From a virus, in IMG/VR virus record IMGVR_UViG_3300034375_013346, positions 32,001 to 96,000 of that record: a DNA stretch of 64,000 nt; one strand, written 5' to 3'. Numbering within the stretch: the stretch's first letter is position 1; every line of letters starts with the position of its first letter. The notes beneath the pieces were generated by a model. It was not told the DNA's origin. It saw nothing but the letters and a program-made list of their open reading frames with translations, and made no database searches. Below are positions 17,958-29,273 of this stretch, in pieces. A program made the translations under genes and the position numbers.

Positions 17958-19742
17958 TTAACCCATGGAAGATAACCAGGCTTTTCTAGCCTCCGAAGAT
18001 TTACCGAAAGCCATATCAAGCATTGCTGATGATTTTTTATCCTTTACGATATTTGTCATCTTTTTATTCCTCATCACGTAATCCCAATCATCCAGAGATA
18101 GGGATCCAAGGCCTTTTAAATATCGGACTCCAGAGAGTCTGGAGTTTTTAGATTCTTTTTTGAAATCATCGAGAGAATAAAAATATTTTTTATTTCTCTC
18201 CCCTATAGATACAAGAGGAGTTTCCAGGAAATATAGCATTCTTTTCTCAACAATCCAAGGGAACCATCGGAAAAATAGGCTTATCAAAAGGGATGTGATG
18301 TGTGCACCGTCAGGATCCTGGTCCGTCGCTATTACGATGTTCTGATAAGGACATCGCAAATTTGAGTTTTCCGGATCCAAATTGAGTATCTGCATAAGCT
18401 CCAATATTTCTCTATTCTCCGCAAGGTCCGAAAGGCTTCGTGCATTTTTAATCTTGCCCTTTAAAGCATATACCCCATCCCTAGAAGGATTCCTCTTCTG
18501 CAAGATCGATCCCATAGCACTAAGACCTTCAACTATAAACAAATTCTGAGCGGACCTTGAGGTAGGAGGAAAATATTTATGCGAGTATTTTACGTTCACA
18601 CTCTTCTTTTCCCTCCTAATTTTTTTCAGATTAGATTCCTTCTTTCTCCGCTCAACCTTGTCCTTTACTTTTTTATATAAGGGGGTGGAGAAGAATTTTT
18701 TTAGGGAACCACTAAAGGAATTCAATATTATTCCCTCTACCTCTTCCCTCCTTGTGACAAATTTGGTCTTATTCTGATCCCCAAATTTTACCTTACCTGG
18801 GGGTAAGTTCAATATTAAACAGAAGTCGTAGAAGTGATGAGCCAGAGAATCGTCCAGGGTTCCATTGATCTGATCCATGATTATCTTTTGGTGTATGCCT
18901 GTGCAAGTAGCGGAATTAACAAATGATACAGAACCAGAATCATCAATCTTCTCCCATATCAATATTTCTCCGATCCTAGTCTTATATGAGAGCTGCTGGA
19001 AAACCTTGGTGTCTATAGGTATAACGACCTCATCCCAGATGAAATTAATCTTTATACTTTTAGTATTATCCTCCGTCTCCAAAACTCTTTTTTTCAGCAG
19101 CAACAGGGATCTTAGAACTTCTTTATTCCACCTGCAGTTATCGAATATCTCAGCTAATGGAGAGAAGCTAACAGAGGTTCCCAGTTTTTTTCTACCTCGC
19201 TTGAGGACCTTAGGTTTCCCTGGTTTAAAGTTATTCCACTCCTGAAAGTAATACTCATTGGGACTAACAGTCTCTATGGAAAAATAACTGGACATGGCAT
19301 TAACAAGGCTAACCCCCATCCCGTTGGTACCTATCAGGGTTTCAGCTATATCGTCATTATTAAAATTGGACCCTGCTCTTAACATCGAGACCGCAGTAGC
19401 AACATTGGACATTCCACTCTTCTTATTGATAGACGAGCCGTTAATAAATCCTTCGCCAGAGTCTGTTACCCTAATGGTATTGGTTTTTGAATCAACCTCG
19501 ATTGTGATTGAGTCCATGGACTTCTTCATCCTTTTAGCCTCATCAACAGAATTAGAAAAGACCTCATCGAATAACTTATACATACCTATAGATATGTTAT
19601 AAGGAACCAGTCTTATCTTATCTTTCTCCACTATCGGGATCTGCTCCTCCGTTACTTTTACGGATCCAACATAAATAGTTGGTCTTTTGAGTATATGTTC
19701 AAAATCCGAAAGTACCTGTATGCTCTTATTAGCTGATTTCAT
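17958..19742 (-). CDS. DNA topoisomerase II large subunit (gp39+gp60 / GyrB-like)
   Basis: HILKRP, EVFSNSVDE, DSGEG, GTNGMG, VEGLSA, LKGK, DQDPDG, RYLKGLG. Confidence 0.93.
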   Translation of the reverse strand: MKSANKSIQVLSDFEHILKRPTIYVGSVKVTEEQIPIVEKDKIRLVPYNISIGMYKLFDEVFSNSVDEAKRMKKSMDSITIEVDSKTNTIRVTDSGEGFINGSSINKKSGMSNVATAVSMLRAGSNFNNDDIAETLIGTNGMGVSLVNAMSSYFSIETVSPNEYYFQEWNNFKPGKPKVLKRGRKKLGTSVSFSPLAEIFDNCRWNKEVLRSLLLLKKRVLETEDNTKSIKINFIWDEVVIPIDTKVFQQLSYKTRIGEILIWEKIDDSGSVSFVNSATCTGIHQKIIMDQINGTLDDSLAHHFYDFCLILNLPPGKVKFGDQNKTKFVTRREEVEGIILNSFSGSLKKFFSTPLYKKVKDKVERRKKESNLKKIRREKKSVNVKYSHKYFPPTSRSAQNLFIVEGLSAMGSILQKRNPSRDGVYALKGKIKNARSLSDLAENREILELMQILNLDPENSNLRCPYQNIVIATDQDPDGAHITSLLISLFFRWFPWIVEKRMLYFLETPLVSIGERNKKYFYSLDDFKKESKNSRLSGVRYLKGLGSLSLDDWDYVMRNKKMTNIVKDKKSSAMLDMAFGKSSEARKAWLSSMG

Positions 19743-19795
19743 ATTTAAATCCTATTGATCTAGGTTTATATGTCCAATCGATGTGATTATTTCAC

Positions 19796-19828
19796 AAAAA
19801 AAAGGTCTGGAGTTAACCAAACCTTTTT
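19796..19828 (-). terminator. Rho-independent terminator
   Basis: AAAGGT..ACCTTT stem with T-tract, after the holin-like gene. Confidence 0.65.
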
Positions 19829-19850
19829 AAATCGAAGATTATAGGAGGGT

Positions 19851-20027
19851 TTAGGCCTCCTCAGGAGCTTTGTTTTTGTCCAATACAGACCAAATACCAC
19901 CTATTAAGGTCATAGTGGCACCAAATAGTTCTGTGAACATAGCATCATCAATAAGACCTTGCGTTATTAACACACCTCCCAAGAAGGTTAAAGCGTGTCT
20001 AATGATTCCTAGTGTTTTTTCTTTCAT
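19851..20027 (-). CDS. Putative holin, two TM helices (absent from ORF track)
   Basis: MKEKTLGIIRHALTFLGGVLITQGLIDDAMFTELFGATMTLIGGIWSVLDKNKAPEEA; RH.LT..GG....G...WS pattern of small phage holin-like proteins. Confidence 0.65.
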   Translation of the reverse strand: MKEKTLGIIRHALTFLGGVLITQGLIDDAMFTELFGATMTLIGGIWSVLDKNKAPEEA

Positions 20028-20053
20028 TTTTTTATTAATTTGATTTTGGGGTT

Positions 20054-20587
20054 TTATTCCTCTCCGGCTGGGGTAAAATATATTTCATCGACCTTCATAG
20101 GGGAGATCTTAGCTTCATATCCTTTATCCGGCAAAGAAGCTGGAATTCCTATTATCATATCATTACCACCTACATTTTCAATGCGATCTACGATAAATTC
20201 AGAATCGAAGAATATTGTTCTCTGGTCACCGAACCTGTTAACATCAAAGTCAAATTCTTCCGCCTCTACGTCGCTCCCTATTTTTTTACCTATGGTCGAT
20301 TTATATTGTCTGGCTAGTCGTTCTCTTTCTTGAGCTATAATATCTTTTATATAATCAGGAGCACCCTTTCCCTGGGTTGGGACTTCAGCAATAACATTGA
20401 TGTTCTCAACCGATCCCATTTCTTTCTGTGCTAGAAGATCCCTCAATCTAGGTATGATTTCGGAGTATTTCAATTCCTCGACAGGAGCTGCATTTATATT
20501 CTTCTTAAAGTCCAGCTCGTTATAAAGAGGAGTAGATCCTTCGTTTACCTTATTTGAATAGTCTTCGAATAAACTTATGTGCTTCAT
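20054..20587 (-). CDS. Hypothetical protein with CTS-like N-terminus
   Basis: MKHISLFEDYSNKVNEG; GATATATA at 20610-20617. Confidence 0.75.
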   Translation of the reverse strand: MKHISLFEDYSNKVNEGSTPLYNELDFKKNINAAPVEELKYSEIIPRLRDLLAQKEMGSVENINVIAEVPTQGKGAPDYIKDIIAQERERLARQYKSTIGKKIGSDVEAEEFDFDVNRFGDQRTIFFDSEFIVDRIENVGGNDMIIGIPASLPDKGYEAKISPMKVDEIYFTPAGEE

Positions 20588-20617
20588 CTACTTAAAAATT
20601 AGATTTATCTATATATC

Positions 20618-20893
20618 TCATTCAGGGAAATATTTTGTAACAATCACCTCAAGCTTAGAATTTCCCTTTATAAGCCGATGCCAGACCCCCGCTTTTATTT
20701 TTATCTTACCTTTACATTCAACCGGGAGTTGGTTATCGATCTGAAATAGCCAGTCATTCGGGGTTAAAAATTCCAAAGTTCGATCCTCCTCATCCCAATG
20801 CCACTTTAGAGAATTCTCGTCAGAATTTTCACTGAACACTCTCCGGTAGGTGCTGCCAGATTCGTGTATTTCTATATAAGGATGATCTACCAA
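20618..20893 (-). CDS. Small cupin-fold protein
   Basis: KWHWDEEDR...IKAGVWHRLIKG. Confidence 0.65.
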   Translation of the reverse strand: MVDHPYIEIHESGSTYRRVFSENSDENSLKWHWDEEDRTLEFLTPNDWLFQIDNQLPVECKGKIKIKAGVWHRLIKGNSKLEVIVTKYFPE

Positions 20894-21438
20894 GGATTAC
20901 TTGATTTAAGTCCTAGTAGTTTATGATACCTGTGAACATTACATGACCACCATCTTGGTTTCCATCTTGGCCCGGGATCATTACATCTGTGTCTAGCTCT
21001 AAAAGACTTTGATGCCTCTTTGTCGGAATTCTTTATTCTCATTCCAGGCTGACCAAACCTAACCAGTATGACTTTCCCATCTCCGTTCTTAGTGTAAACC
21101 CCGAACTTTCTGGGAGCTTTAGGTGTTCTGAAAGGCTTATTCAATTCCACGTCTCTTCCTTTATATTCAGCCTCGTTAATCTCAAAGGGGACATCCAATA
21201 AGACTTCTTCGCCAAGATAAGTGGATTTAGATCCAGCGTCAGTACTTATAAGGAAAACATCATCGAATGATAGATCCAATCTATCATTAAGCCACATATC
21301 CCTGGATTCATTAATTAGATCTAACCAGGACTCAGACTCTATCCTATACACGCTTTCCATTAGAGAGACCTCATTTTTCAAATGGTAGTCCATCCCTTCG
21401 CTTAATCTATCAAAATCTGAGAATCCCTTTATTCGCAT
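20887..21438 (-). CDS. Conserved phage protein (DUF6321-like C-terminal domain) with CTS-like N-terminus
   Basis: MRIKGFSDF..LSE; INEAEYKG, KPFRTP, VRFG, SFRARHRC, WWSC. Confidence 0.7.
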   Translation of the reverse strand: MRIKGFSDFDRLSEGMDYHLKNEVSLMESVYRIESESWLDLINESRDMWLNDRLDLSFDDVFLISTDAGSKSTYLGEEVLLDVPFEINEAEYKGRDVELNKPFRTPKAPRKFGVYTKNGDGKVILVRFGQPGMRIKNSDKEASKSFRARHRCNDPGPRWKPRWWSCNVHRYHKLLGLKSSNPW

Positions 21439-21470
21439 ATGCTATATATCGATTCGGAATTTCCCATTCA

Positions 21471-22754
21471 TCAGGTATCCTGTTTACTGAGCTTCTTTTT
21501 CTCCTCGATAGCTTTGGCTTTTTTCAAAGCTGCTTCCCTAAAATATTCATGGTTTTTCCTTATCCTAGATTTTTCATTTTCGCTCATTGTAACAAAGAAA
21601 GGCATCCTCATGATGGCTTCCATCTTCTCAGCGGAGATTTCAGGATTTCCTGTGTGATATGCAGCTAATGCAAATTCATCAAGAAGACGCCATTGCCAAA
21701 TTTCAGGTTCTACAAATAATATATCCGATGTTCCTGGATTCTTTACTGCCATATTTCCGTAAGTAAAGGAAAGAACCCATCTTTCCTGCTCCCTTAGTTT
21801 TCTCATAGCATGGAATATAGCTTCGAGCCTTTCCGGTCTGTATTCCCAGGCTTTGGAATAGGCAGTAATGACTTCATCGGGGTGCCTCCCGAGCTGCTCT
21901 TTTAATCTACCTATCATGTAAAGGGAATAGTAAACCTCCTCATCCCATCCGCCAGCATCTGCCCTTTTTTGATAAGCGTCTATGGCTTTTACCTTCTGTT
22001 GGGAATCTCTATAACTTTGAGCCAAATAGAACATATATCGGGTATTTTCTGGATCCTTATCTAATGCTTCCTCCAATATTTCAGCATCCTTTGCGTATTT
22101 TTCTTCCAAGGAGCTAGCCCTTTTCAGAGGACTTATATCGGCATCTACCCTACATCTGTCACCTGGAATTTGGTATTGTATTACCGGCTCTTTTCCAGGT
22201 AGATCCAAATACTCATGCAAAACCCCTTTGTATACCCAATCTTGATCGGATCTAACTATCTGAGCTCGATGATACTGTAGGTTATTTAATCTGTACATTA
22301 TCTGGAAGCAATCAACATCAGAGGGTAAATCCGAGAATGGATTAATGTTGGGATTTAAAACTTCGAAGGTATCATCAGCATCTATTATCCATGAGTAATC
22401 ACATTTACCTCTGGCTAATTCCAGACTTTCCGTGCGATTAACTTCAAAGTTAACCCAGGGTCTCTCGTAGATTTCGCCTTCTATACCAAGCTCATCCATA
22501 GTTGATTTTATCTCATCTATTGTATTATCGCTTGATCCAGTGTCACATATTACATAATATGAGATATATGGTGCACATCTGGTTAAACATTTTCGGATCG
22601 TGTCCTCCTCATCTTTCACGATCATAACAAGACAGAGACTAATCGATTGGGACTTATCTACTTTTTCCGTAGATGCATCCTCCGTAGCGATTTCTTTTTT
22701 ACTTTCTTTGTTAATTGCAGGTCTGGATTTGCTCCTTGATTTTTTGGATGCCAT
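21471..22754 (-). CDS. GT2 glycosyltransferase with TPR repeats
   Basis: LVMIVKDEE, DTGSSD, IIDADD, GVLHEY, RYMFYLAQSYRD and TPR-like helices. Confidence 0.9.
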   Translation of the reverse strand: MASKKSRSKSRPAINKESKKEIATEDASTEKVDKSQSISLCLVMIVKDEEDTIRKCLTRCAPYISYYVICDTGSSDNTIDEIKSTMDELGIEGEIYERPWVNFEVNRTESLELARGKCDYSWIIDADDTFEVLNPNINPFSDLPSDVDCFQIMYRLNNLQYHRAQIVRSDQDWVYKGVLHEYLDLPGKEPVIQYQIPGDRCRVDADISPLKRASSLEEKYAKDAEILEEALDKDPENTRYMFYLAQSYRDSQQKVKAIDAYQKRADAGGWDEEVYYSLYMIGRLKEQLGRHPDEVITAYSKAWEYRPERLEAIFHAMRKLREQERWVLSFTYGNMAVKNPGTSDILFVEPEIWQWRLLDEFALAAYHTGNPEISAEKMEAIMRMPFFVTMSENEKSRIRKNHEYFREAALKKAKAIEEKKKLSKQDT

Positions 22755-22810
22755 CTTTTATATGAGTATATTTTCCATTTATATGGGGAATACACTAAAA
22801 AATTTCACCC

Positions 22811-23497
22811 TTATCCCTGATCTAACGAGGTTATTCTCTCAAGAATGAGTCCATCATTGAGTGTCATAGTAAATTCACCCTTAGCTACGACATTTCTTTT
22901 GCTTGTAGATATGAGATCCACATTAAGAAATCCCGTTTCCTCGCATATGTCGATATCCTCCGTCGGGTTAACCCTGGGAAGAAAGGTAGATCTACTCATA
23001 CCCCTACCGTTCCAATAAACCAGGGTGAGATTATCTATTTTACCATCCAATATCTTTACAACCTGATTTTCTCTTAGGCATTCTATCTTTATCGAGGGTC
23101 CTCTAGACTTGAAACCTGAAGAAAATGAGGTCAAAAAATACCCTCTACCCTCGAGAAGCCCGGGGACGGTATCATTTTTGCAGGAAAACATTCCTAAAGA
23201 ACCCGAGAATCTATGGTGCTTAAATCTTACACCTAGCTCCATGAAGGATTTTCTTAGGGCCTCCATTATCTCCTCCACATCCTCAGATTTATAGAAATCC
23301 ATTAGGTAATGGGGATTAGCTCCCTTTATAATCTTGGAAGACCTGATGCGAAGGTTGGAATAATACCTTATATAATTTTCGAAGACAATACCTATGGAAG
23401 CAACTTGTTCCTCCTCAGATTTAGTCATCTTCTTCCTCATATTCATCTCATGTTCGAATCTTTCTACAAACTCTGAGAGGATGTTATTATCGTTCAT
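22811..23497 (-). CDS. Hypothetical protein
   Basis: ORF in operon context; ATG at 23497 avoids the upstream overlap. Confidence 0.65.
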   Translation of the reverse strand: MNDNNILSEFVERFEHEMNMRKKMTKSEEEQVASIGIVFENYIRYYSNLRIRSSKIIKGANPHYLMDFYKSEDVEEIMEALRKSFMELGVRFKHHRFSGSLGMFSCKNDTVPGLLEGRGYFLTSFSSGFKSRGPSIKIECLRENQVVKILDGKIDNLTLVYWNGRGMSRSTFLPRVNPTEDIDICEETGFLNVDLISTSKRNVVAKGEFTMTLNDGLILERITSLDQG

Positions 23498-23504
23498 ATT
23501 CAAT

Positions 23505-23918
23505 TTAGATTCTTTTCCAGGAGTAATCCGTGTCAAGCTTGAATCTCCCTAAACACTCAAACTTATTACCCCATTCTTCGGGTGAAATTATGCTAGCAAA
23601 TGTCTTTTCTTTATTACCAACATATAGATATATCTCTATTCCTATATAGGGTTCAAAAGAAATTTTAGAAGACCATATCATCTGGTTATCCGAATATTCA
23701 CTATACAGATCCCTAATCTGCTCTTTTATTTCCTCAGCCCTCTTGTTAAATTTTTTAGCAGCTTTGGATACAGCACCTCCTTTAAACTTGTCGATGTCAT
23801 CTATCTGGAAACTAGGGGAACTTAAAGAAGTTGGATATGGCTTTAGAAAAGCATCAAAAACCCCGGTCTCCTGATTAAACACTACGGAATCCGGTAATTT
23901 ACGATTTTTCTTTTTCAA
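23505..23918 (-). CDS. DUF2452-like protein (Bacteroidota-type)
   Basis: PYPTSLSSPSF, FEPYIG..YLY, SIISPEEW, LDTDYSW. Confidence 0.7.
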   Translation of the reverse strand: MKKKNRKLPDSVVFNQETGVFDAFLKPYPTSLSSPSFQIDDIDKFKGGAVSKAAKKFNKRAEEIKEQIRDLYSEYSDNQMIWSSKISFEPYIGIEIYLYVGNKEKTFASIISPEEWGNKFECLGRFKLDTDYSWKRI

Positions 23919-24540
23919 GTGAGGTTGGCTTTATTCCTATCTTATCTATCACTTGTTTATAGACTTCTTCGGATCCGGGGGAGGCATTAATCTTAACCAG
24001 CTTTCTACTTTTCCTATACTTATCCAATAGAGGTTTGGTTTTATTCTCATATTCGTCGAACCTCTTATTAATTACATCTGGATTTTTATCATCTTCCCTT
24101 CCTTCCTTCTCGGCTCTATTGAGGATTCTTTCCCTCGATTTTTTTCTGCTCAGGTCCAGGTAGATGCAATGGTTTAATCCAACACCCAATTTACCCAGGA
24201 TGGAGTCAAGCATCTTAGTTTGCTTAATAGTTCTTGGAAATCCGTCTATTACTACACCACTTTCAAGATCCGCTTTACCAAGCTCTCTTCTTAACATTCT
24301 AGCCATTATTCTATCCGGAATATAATCTCCTTTGGCTATGATCTTTTTTAGATCTTCATCCTTGGAATTCCTGATTAGTTCTCCCGTAGAAATATGGGTA
24401 AATCCGTTCTTGGAGGCAAGTTTTTTAGAAACCGTTCCCTTTCCGGAACCGGGAGGACCCATTATGATTATGATTTCTCCTTGCTTATCTGGGATTTCCC
24501 TCTCGTTGATAAAATATTCGTAGCTTTTAACCTTATCCAT
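23899..24540 (-). CDS. adk: Adenylate kinase (short-LID type) with CTS-like N-terminal extension
   Basis: GPPGSGKGT, HISTGELIR, DGFPRT, GREDD; N-terminus MDKVKSYEYFINE. Confidence 0.92.
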   Translation of the reverse strand: MDKVKSYEYFINEREIPDKQGEIIIIMGPPGSGKGTVSKKLASKNGFTHISTGELIRNSKDEDLKKIIAKGDYIPDRIMARMLRRELGKADLESGVVIDGFPRTIKQTKMLDSILGKLGVGLNHCIYLDLSRKKSRERILNRAEKEGREDDKNPDVINKRFDEYENKTKPLLDKYRKSRKLVKINASPGSEEVYKQVIDKIGIKPTSLEKEKS

Positions 24541-24551
24541 CTCAATTTAGC

Positions 24552-25160
24552 TTATTTTTTCTCGAAATACCAAGTACCGAACCACTCATCGGTTACAGAT
24601 AGCTGATACCCCATTCTCTCACAGAACTCATCTACTGCAGGATTCACACCAAATACACCACAATACCATTTATGGATATTATCATAAATGTGCTTATCCT
24701 TGCCGTTTGGTAAAAAAGGCCCCTCCTTCCAATTAAGGTCTATATAATCGTGGCCCATTAATATGCCCCCGCTTTTAACTTTGGGATACCAAAGACCAAT
24801 ATCCTCACAAACTGACTTGTAGGTATGGTTAGCATCTATAAAAACAAAATCCAGGCTCTCGTCAGGAAATAGCTTATAGGTCTTATTAGAAAAGTTCCTT
24901 ATCATAGTCGATCTCTCACCAAACTGTTCCATCCTTTCCGCACATTCAGTCATGATTGCGTAGGGTTCAAAAGACCCATGGTTGGATCCATCTGGGTAAT
25001 CCTCGAAATCCAATTCTCTCCAAACATCGATCATGTAGAGATCTCCGTCCCACGTTTTCAATATTTCCTCAGCAAATTCTCCCTTAAAGGAACCAATCTC
25101 AGCTCCTACTTTAAAGCCCCTTTTAACAAAGATCTCTTTTATTAAATCTTCCCTCTTCAT
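24552..25160 (-). CDS. Class I SAM methyltransferase (Methyltransf_24-like)
   Basis: GAEIGSFKG, IDVW, FVFIDANH, GHDY. Confidence 0.85.
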   Translation of the reverse strand: MKREDLIKEIFVKRGFKVGAEIGSFKGEFAEEILKTWDGDLYMIDVWRELDFEDYPDGSNHGSFEPYAIMTECAERMEQFGERSTMIRNFSNKTYKLFPDESLDFVFIDANHTYKSVCEDIGLWYPKVKSGGILMGHDYIDLNWKEGPFLPNGKDKHIYDNIHKWYCGVFGVNPAVDEFCERMGYQLSVTDEWFGTWYFEKK

Positions 25161-25178
25161 CAGCTATTTTTAAATGTG

Positions 25179-27674
25179 TTACGATCCACAGGATATACAG
25201 TCATCCGGATTATCTAGACTACATGATATATCAGACATTGCCTGATTTGCTAGCTCCTTTAACTCCTCACTAGCAGATTCAGAGTGATTAGAATTCTTTT
25301 CATCATTGGGAACATTGACAGTTTCCTCAACCTTAACTACACTGGGAGACTTGGTTTTATACTTACTTGAATCTATACCGAGACCGGATAAGGCATCCAC
25401 TGCTGCCTTAGTTCTCAAATAGTACATACCAGTTTTAAGACCCATCTTCCAGGAATGGAAATGAGCTGCAGTTAACTTGGCTGCATTCACGCCCTCTATG
25501 AAAAGATTAAGGGACTGAGACTGGCATATAAATTTACCTCTCTCAGCAGACATTTCAATAAGATCCTTCTGCTTTATCTCCCAGACAGTTTTATAGATCT
25601 CCTTAATATCGTCGGGTATATTGGGTATATTCTGAATTGACCCCTTATGGATGATAATCATATTCTTCATATCATCATCCCATAGATTGAGTGAAATTAG
25701 ATCATTCACGAGATGCTTATTAATCACAATAAATTCCCCACTCAAAGTTCTTCGAGTATAAATGTTTGAAGTGAAAGGCTCGAAAGCTTCATTATTCCCC
25801 ATAATCTGAGCGGTAGAAGCAGTTGGCATTGGGGCTAAAAGCAATGAATTTCTTGCCCCATGCTTCATAACTTCCTTCCTAAGCTTTTTCCAGTCCCACC
25901 TACCAGATAATTCCTCGTCGGTGAAATTCCATAGATTGAATTGGAATTTGCCCTGGCTCAGAGGAGATCCATCAAAGGTCTCATATGCTCCAAGTTTTTT
26001 GGCTAAAGAAACTGAGGCGGACATAGAAGCAAAATATATCGTTTCAAATATATCTGAGTTTATTTTCCTAGCCTCATCCGATGAGAATGGTATTCCCATA
26101 ATAGCATAAAGATCAGCCAGACCCTGTATTCCTATCCCTATGGGTCTATGCCTCATGTTGGATTTTCTAGTTTCTGGAGTAGGATAAAAATTAACATCTA
26201 TAACCTTATTAAGATTAATAGCGGTTTGATAGGCCACCTCATACAGAAGATCGTGATCGACTTCACACTTTCCTCTCAGTATTTTGGAGGTTCTAGCATC
26301 AGTAGATTTCAAGAAGTTATTTACCGCTATCGAAGCAAGATTACAAACTGCTTGTTCATCTTTATCAGTATACTCGATTATCTCGGTACACAGATTAGAA
26401 GATTTTATAGTACCGAGGTTTTGCTGATTTGATTTCCTATTTGCAGCATCTTTATATAGGATATATGGTGTACCAGTCTCTATCTGGGATTCTATTATTT
26501 TTCCCCATAGTTCGCGAGCTCTAACTTTTTTCCTGACTTTCCCTTCTCTCTCAGCAGCTATGTATTTCTTATTGAATTCTTCTCCATAAACCTCGTGTAA
26601 ACCAGGAACTTCAGAAGGAGATATTAATGACCAGTCCTCATCCTTTTCTACTCTCTCCATAAACAGGTCCGGAACCCAGAGAGCCAAAAATAAATCTCTT
26701 GCTCTCCTCTCCTCCTTACCCGTATTTTTTCTTAGCTCTAGAAAATCCTCCACATCTGCGTGCCATGGTTCAAGGTAAATGGCGAAAGATCCCTTTCTCT
26801 TTCCACCACCCTGATCAACATATCTGGCGGTCTCGTTATAGACCTTCAACATCGGAACAATCCCATTCGACTTACCATTTGTTCCTCGTATATAGGAACC
26901 AGTAGATCTCACATTATGTATGGCTAGTCCAATACCTCCCGCATTTTGAGAGATCAAAGCAACATCGGATAGGGTCTTATAGATACCCGGAATTGAATCA
27001 TCACTCATCGTGAGAAGAAAGCAGGACGATAATTGGGGTTTTCTAGTACCCGCATTAAATAGGGTAGGAGTAGCGTGAGTCATCATATGAGTTGACAAAA
27101 GCTCATACGTCTTAATGGCATTCTTTATGTCGCTTCCCCATATTCCTACCGCAACCCTCATGTACATGTGCTGAGGGGTTTCTGAAGGATTCCCATGCAT
27201 TTTTAGAAGATAACTCTTCTCCAATGTTTTGAAACCAAAATACTCAAAATTGAAATCACGATCATGTATAATCGAGGAATCCAACTTGTTCTTATTTTTT
27301 CTAACAACCTCGTACGTCTCATCACTGATAAGACCTGCAGGCTTGTCCGTTTCCGGATCGATATAGGAATATAGGTCCTCTATGGTATCCGAGAATTTCT
27401 TCTTAGTTGTTTTATGTAACCTCGAGACCGCTATTCTTGAAGCCAGAATTGAGTGGTCCGGGTGAATGGGTATAAGTGAAGCAGCGGTTTCGGCTGCTAA
27501 ATTGTCAAGTTCACCTGTGGTGATACCGTCATAAATTCCGGCGATCACCTTTTGTGATATACCCATTGAATCCACAAAATCTGTGTTCAATCCATAAGTC
27601 ATTTTCCTCACGCGGTTAGATATTTTATCAAATCTTACCGCTTCGCTAGATCCGTCTCTCTTAGTTACGTACAT
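25179..27674 (-). CDS. nrdA: Ribonucleotide reductase class Ia alpha subunit
   Basis: ATP cone [25 protein letters not shown]-terminal CISCGS. Confidence 0.97.
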   Translation of the reverse strand: MYVTKRDGSSEAVRFDKISNRVRKMTYGLNTDFVDSMGISQKVIAGIYDGITTGELDNLAAETAASLIPIHPDHSILASRIAVSRLHKTTKKKFSDTIEDLYSYIDPETDKPAGLISDETYEVVRKNKNKLDSSIIHDRDFNFEYFGFKTLEKSYLLKMHGNPSETPQHMYMRVAVGIWGSDIKNAIKTYELLSTHMMTHATPTLFNAGTRKPQLSSCFLLTMSDDSIPGIYKTLSDVALISQNAGGIGLAIHNVRSTGSYIRGTNGKSNGIVPMLKVYNETARYVDQGGGKRKGSFAIYLEPWHADVEDFLELRKNTGKEERRARDLFLALWVPDLFMERVEKDEDWSLISPSEVPGLHEVYGEEFNKKYIAAEREGKVRKKVRARELWGKIIESQIETGTPYILYKDAANRKSNQQNLGTIKSSNLCTEIIEYTDKDEQAVCNLASIAVNNFLKSTDARTSKILRGKCEVDHDLLYEVAYQTAINLNKVIDVNFYPTPETRKSNMRHRPIGIGIQGLADLYAIMGIPFSSDEARKINSDIFETIYFASMSASVSLAKKLGAYETFDGSPLSQGKFQFNLWNFTDEELSGRWDWKKLRKEVMKHGARNSLLLAPMPTASTAQIMGNNEAFEPFTSNIYTRRTLSGEFIVINKHLVNDLISLNLWDDDMKNMIIIHKGSIQNIPNIPDDIKEIYKTVWEIKQKDLIEMSAERGKFICQSQSLNLFIEGVNAAKLTAAHFHSWKMGLKTGMYYLRTKAAVDALSGLGIDSSKYKTKSPSVVKVEETVNVPNDEKNSNHSESASEELKELANQAMSDISCSLDNPDDCISCGS

Positions 27675-27693
27675 TGTTCTTTTTTGGTTATTT

Positions 27694-28674
27694 TTAAAAA
27701 TCCACGTCCATATCGAACGTGTTCTCTGAGGAGTTCATAACTCCCGCTTTCTGATATTCCCCAACTCTTTTTTCGAAGAAGTTGGTTTTTCCCTGAAGTG
27801 ATATATTGGTCATAAAATCAAACGGATTCTCCACATTGAAAACTTTAGAGCATTCAAGATCAACCAAAAGTCTATCAGCAACAAACTCCAAATATTGCTT
27901 CATCAGATCTGAATTCATACCAATCAATTTAACTGGAAGGGACTCGGTGATGAATTCTTTCTCTATCTCAAGAGCACTTAATATGATCTCCCTTATTCTT
28001 TCTTCAGATACCTTATTATTTACAAATCTATTGTGGAGCATAACAGCAAAATCGCAATGCATCCCTTCGTCTCTGGAGATAAGCTCGTTAGAAAAACTAA
28101 GACCCGGCATTAGACCCCTTTTCTTAAGCCAAAAAATGGAACAAAAAGATCCGGAAAAGAATATGCCCTCCACCGCGGCAAAAGCAATAAGTCTTTCCTG
28201 GAAGTGATCTGATTCCACCCATTTAAGAGCCCATTCAGCTTTCCTTTTAACAGCTGGGATAGTATCAATTGCATTAAAAAGATTGGACTTCTCCTCAGGG
28301 TCTGAGATATAAGTATCGATCAGGAGGGAGTAAGTCTCGGAATGTATATTCTCCATCATAATCTGGAATCCGTAGAAAAATTTAGCCTCCGTATATTGTA
28401 CCTCACTAACAAAATTCTCAGCAAGATTCTCGTTAACTATACCATCAGAGGCAGCAAAAAAAGCTAAGACATGCTTAATAAAATGCCTTTCATTATCATT
28501 GAGCTTATTTCTCCAATCATCAATATCACTGGATAAATCAATTTCCTCAGCAGTCCAAATACATGCTTGCTGTTTTTTATACATCTCCCAGATCTCCTGG
28601 TGTTCTATTGGGAAAATCACAAAGCGATTTGGATTTTCATTTAATATCGGTTCAGGTAACGAATATCCTTCCAT
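27694..28674 (-). CDS. nrdB: Ribonucleotide reductase class Ia beta subunit
   Basis: [34 protein letters not shown]. Confidence 0.97.
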   Translation of the reverse strand: MEGYSLPEPILNENPNRFVIFPIEHQEIWEMYKKQQACIWTAEEIDLSSDIDDWRNKLNDNERHFIKHVLAFFAASDGIVNENLAENFVSEVQYTEAKFFYGFQIMMENIHSETYSLLIDTYISDPEEKSNLFNAIDTIPAVKRKAEWALKWVESDHFQERLIAFAAVEGIFFSGSFCSIFWLKKRGLMPGLSFSNELISRDEGMHCDFAVMLHNRFVNNKVSEERIREIILSALEIEKEFITESLPVKLIGMNSDLMKQYLEFVADRLLVDLECSKVFNVENPFDFMTNISLQGKTNFFEKRVGEYQKAGVMNSSENTFDMDVDF

Positions 28675-28715
28675 AGGTATTAATTTTTTGGTTAATTTTT
28701 AATCGATCTTTGTTC

Positions 28716-29183
28716 TTAATAGTTATTCTCCTGTCTCCTCCTATTCTCCTCATTCTTACTCATGTACATATTGTACATTTCCTGGGAAGTCATTCCTATG
28801 GAGGCAGCATAATTCATAAAAAAATGAAGCATGTCAACTATTTCGAACTTGCACTCAAGCTGGTCTGATTCAGATAAATCACTAAATCGGATCTCCGTGT
28901 AACTATTATACGCTTGCTTCCATCTTTTCCAGATTGCGTTTCCCCCGCCTTGCTTAATACCACCCAAGGCATCAGTAGCTTCGTGGATCTCGTCAATCAT
29001 AGCATGGTTATTCATATGCCAGAAATCCATTAGATCCCTGAGAGTCATGTCCTGAAAATTGTAGCCGTAAACGTTCTTCTGAGTGTCTGCTTGAAGTTCA
29101 AGAATTTCACCTAGTGTATCGGAAGATTCAGAATACAGATCCTTAATTTCTAGTTCTGCACAAGTATTATCAGTGTTTGCCAT
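28716..29183 (-). CDS. Dimeric all-alpha dUTPase/dCTPase (gp56-like)
   Basis: DEIHEATD, WKRWK, EIVDMLHF, KNEENRRRQ. Confidence 0.82.
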   Translation of the reverse strand: MANTDNTCAELEIKDLYSESSDTLGEILELQADTQKNVYGYNFQDMTLRDLMDFWHMNNHAMIDEIHEATDALGGIKQGGGNAIWKRWKQAYNSYTEIRFSDLSESDQLECKFEIVDMLHFFMNYAASIGMTSQEMYNMYMSKNEENRRRQENNY

Positions 29184-29273
29184 ATTTTTTTGTTTGATCT
29201 ATTTTTAATCCTCTAGACACTAGGTTTTTTATATATCAAGTGGTCTATAGAGGTCGAGTATTTTTAGGATTTT

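Noticed and set aside
29210-29252. Imperfect hairpin enclosing the GATATATA motif upstream of the dUTPase
   Set aside because: Pairing needs several bulges and could be chance; not enough support for a regulatory element
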